From Christensenellales bacterium (GTDB lineage Bacteria > Bacillota > Clostridia > Christensenellales > Aristaeellaceae): 64,000 nt of DNA. The stretch is taken from positions 12,049 through 76,048 of the forward strand of contig JBGUQG010000143.1 of NCBI GenBank assembly GCA_045130815.1, given 5' to 3'. The notes under the pieces were generated by a model. The model searched no databases and was not told the DNA's origin. It was given only the letters and a program-made list of their open reading frames with translations. The position numbers were made by a program, and so were the translations under genes. Positions 62,145-64,000 of this stretch are shown one piece after another. How positions within the stretch are numbered: the stretch's first letter is position 1; every line of letters begins with the position of its first letter.

Positions 62145-63497
62145 ATGGTGAAGGACACCTTTCGCGGCGGCGTACATCCGGACGGTCACAAAGAGCTGAG
62201 CCGGGACGTGCCGCTGCGCGAATTCCTGCCCGCGGGAGAAATGGTATTCCCGCTTTCCATGCACATCGGCAAGCCGGCCAAACCCATCGTGAAGAAGGGC
62301 GACGCGGTGCTGATGGGCCAGCGCATCGCGGAGGCGGACGGTTTTGTCTCCGCCCACGTGATCTCATCCTGCTCCGGCACGGTGAAGGCCATCGAAAAGC
62401 GCCGGATCCTGACGGGGACCATGGCGGAGTGCATCGTGATCGACAACGACGGCCAGTTCACCCCGGCGGCGGATTACACCGCCCGGCAGGATCCCTCGAA
62501 GCTGTCGAACGACGAGCTGATCCAGCGGGTGCAGGACGCGGGGATCGTGGGCCTGGGCGGCGCGGGCTTCCCCACCCATGTGAAGCTGAAGCCCAAGGAC
62601 CCGGACGCCATACGCTTCGTGATCGCCAACGGCGCGGAGTGCGAGCCCTACCTGACCTGCAACGACCAGCTGATGCGCACCCAGGCCGAAGCCATCGTCG
62701 AGGGCCTGGAGCTGACGCTGCGCCTGTTCAAAAACGCCGAGGGCGTGATCGCCATAGAGCGCAACAAGCCCGAGGCCATCGCGGCCATGGAGAAGGCCGC
62801 GGCGGGCAAGGCGAAGATCAGGGTGATGGACATGGTCACCAAGTACCCCCAGGGCGGCGAGCGCAGCCTGATCCAGGCCATCGCCGACGTGGACTTCCCC
62901 ATCTCCATGCTGCCGGCGGACGTGGGCTGCATCGTGGACAACGTGGGCACGCTCTACGCCATACAACGCGCCGCCGCCTACGGCGAGCCGCTGTTTACCC
63001 ACACGCTGACGCTGACCGGCGAGGCCGTGGCCAACCCGGGCAACTGGATCGTGCACGACGGCACGCTGTTTTCAGAGCTGCTGGCACACGCCGGCGGCGT
63101 GAAGAGCGGCGTGACGCTGAAGAAGGCCATGTGCGGCGGCCCGATGATGGGCATCGCCATGGGCAGCCTGGACGTGCCCATCCAGAAGCAGAACAACGGC
63201 CTGACGCTGCTGGCGGAGGATCCGAACGAGATCGCCGAGGCAAAGATGACGGCCTGCCTGCGCTGCGGGCGCTGCGCCACCGTATGTCCCATGGGGCTGC
63301 TGCCCCAGCCGATGTCGGAGGCCGCCGCCGACGGCGACTACGAGCGCTTTGAAAAGCGGTTGTACGGCCTGGAGTGCATCCAGTGCGGCAGCTGTACCTA
63401 CGCCTGCCCGGCCAAGCGGCCCCTGATGCAGCTGTTCAAGCAGGCAAAATCCGAAATACAGGCGCGCAAGCGCGCAGCGGCGGGAGGTCAAAAATGA
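62145..63497 (+). CDS. rnfC: Rnf electron-transport complex subunit C
   Basis: N-terminus FRGGVHP...K, NADH/FMN-binding GLGGAGFPTHVK and two 4Fe-4S motifs CLRCGRCATVCP and CIQCGSCTYACP. Confidence 0.92.
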   Translation: MVKDTFRGGVHPDGHKELSRDVPLREFLPAGEMVFPLSMHIGKPAKPIVKKGDAVLMGQRIAEADGFVSAHVISSCSGTVKAIEKRRILTGTMAECIVIDNDGQFTPAADYTARQDPSKLSNDELIQRVQDAGIVGLGGAGFPTHVKLKPKDPDAIRFVIANGAECEPYLTCNDQLMRTQAEAIVEGLELTLRLFKNAEGVIAIERNKPEAIAAMEKAAAGKAKIRVMDMVTKYPQGGERSLIQAIADVDFPISMLPADVGCIVDNVGTLYAIQRAAAYGEPLFTHTLTLTGEAVANPGNWIVHDGTLFSELLAHAGGVKSGVTLKKAMCGGPMMGIAMGSLDVPIQKQNNGLTLLAEDPNEIAEAKMTACLRCGRCATVCPMGLLPQPMSEAAADGDYERFEKRLYGLECIQCGSCTYACPAKRPLMQLFKQAKSEIQARKRAAAGGQK

Positions 63498-64000
63498 ATA
63501 CGGCGTTGAATATTTCCTCCAGCCCCCACGCAAGGGACAAGTGGACCACCGCGTTCATCATGCGGGCGGTGCTGGTGGCGCTGCTGCCGGCCACAGTGGT
63601 CGGGATCATCAACTATGGGCTGCACGCGCTGCTGGTGGTGCTGCTGAGCGTCGTCAGCGCGGTGCTGTGCGAATTTGTGTTTGACAAGCTGTGCCACAAG
63701 CCGGATACCTGGAAGGACGGCAGCGCGGCGGTCACCGGCCTGCTGCTGGCCCTGTGCCTGTCGCCCCGGGTGCCGCTGGCCCTGCCCGTGCTGGGCAGCA
63801 TGTTCGCCATACTGGTGGTGAAGTGCTGCTTCGGCGGCCTGGGCAAGAACTTCATCAACCCGGCGCTGGCCGCGCGCTGCTTCCTGCTGATCTCCTTCGG
63901 CAGCGCCATGTCCTCCTTCGCGGTGGTGGACGGCGTGACCGCCGCCACCCCGGTGGCCAACCTGATGGCGGGCCAGCCGGTGGACGTGACCAGGATGTTC
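63494..64000 (+). CDS. rnfD: Rnf electron-transport complex subunit D (5' partial, runs off the window)
   Basis: ATGA overlap with rnfC. The frame is open to the window end. It translates MNTALNISSSPHARDKWTTAFIMRAVLVALLPA...GKNFINPALAARCFLLISF, typical of RnfD/NqrB. Confidence 0.85.
   Translation, partial: MNTALNISSSPHARDKWTTAFIMRAVLVALLPATVVGIINYGLHALLVVLLSVVSAVLCEFVFDKLCHKPDTWKDGSAAVTGLLLALCLSPRVPLALPVLGSMFAILVVKCCFGGLGKNFINPALAARCFLLISFGSAMSSFAVVDGVTAATPVANLMAGQPVDVTRMF

Overview
64-kb chromosomal segment from a high-G+C Gram-positive-type anaerobe. I infer a Clostridia/Oscillospiraceae-like organism from AGGAGG ribosome-binding sites, an L-box riboswitch, the DapH-type lysine pathway, rnf genes and characteristic intergenic palindromic repeats. 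Coding density is high and many neighbouring genes overlap by ATGA/GTGA/TAATG. Content in order: (1) a sugar ABC transporter (ATPase, two permeases, lipoprotein binding protein). (2) An L-box-controlled dapA-dapB-dapH-M20 amidohydrolase operon, divergent from an argC-GNAT-argJ-argB-argD operon. (3) A complete type I restriction-modification operon hsdM-hsdS-X-hsdR, where X is an AT-rich orphan gene for a membrane-anchored 205-aa protein. (4) A 9-kb co-directional gene string: glutaredoxin-like, RidA, Cys-rich unknown, MBL hydrolase, CAT-type acetyltransferase, MATE, P-type Ca-ATPase-like, TetM/EF-G-like GTPase. (5) A convergent MATE gene, a GH13 enzyme and several unknowns. (6) A low-GC radical-SAM gene bounded by about 61-bp imperfect inverted repeats. 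(7) LOG, aldose epimerase, an unknown 663-aa protein, GH127 and a secreted protein. (8) A LacI-GH13-ABC maltodextrin-type operon. (9) A large propeller-sensor diguanylate cyclase plus an MBL hydrolase. (10) A lower-GC GH43/ABC locus with a divergent LacI gene and three repeated operators. (11) The start of rnfCD. I recognised no rRNA, tRNA, CRISPR array, transposase or integrase. Most interesting are the orphan gene in the PrrC-like slot of the type I R-M operon, the inverted-repeat-bounded radical-SAM cassette, and two families of structured intergenic repeats. Many long ORFs in the six-frame track are antisense shadow ORFs typical of GC-rich DNA and are rejected.
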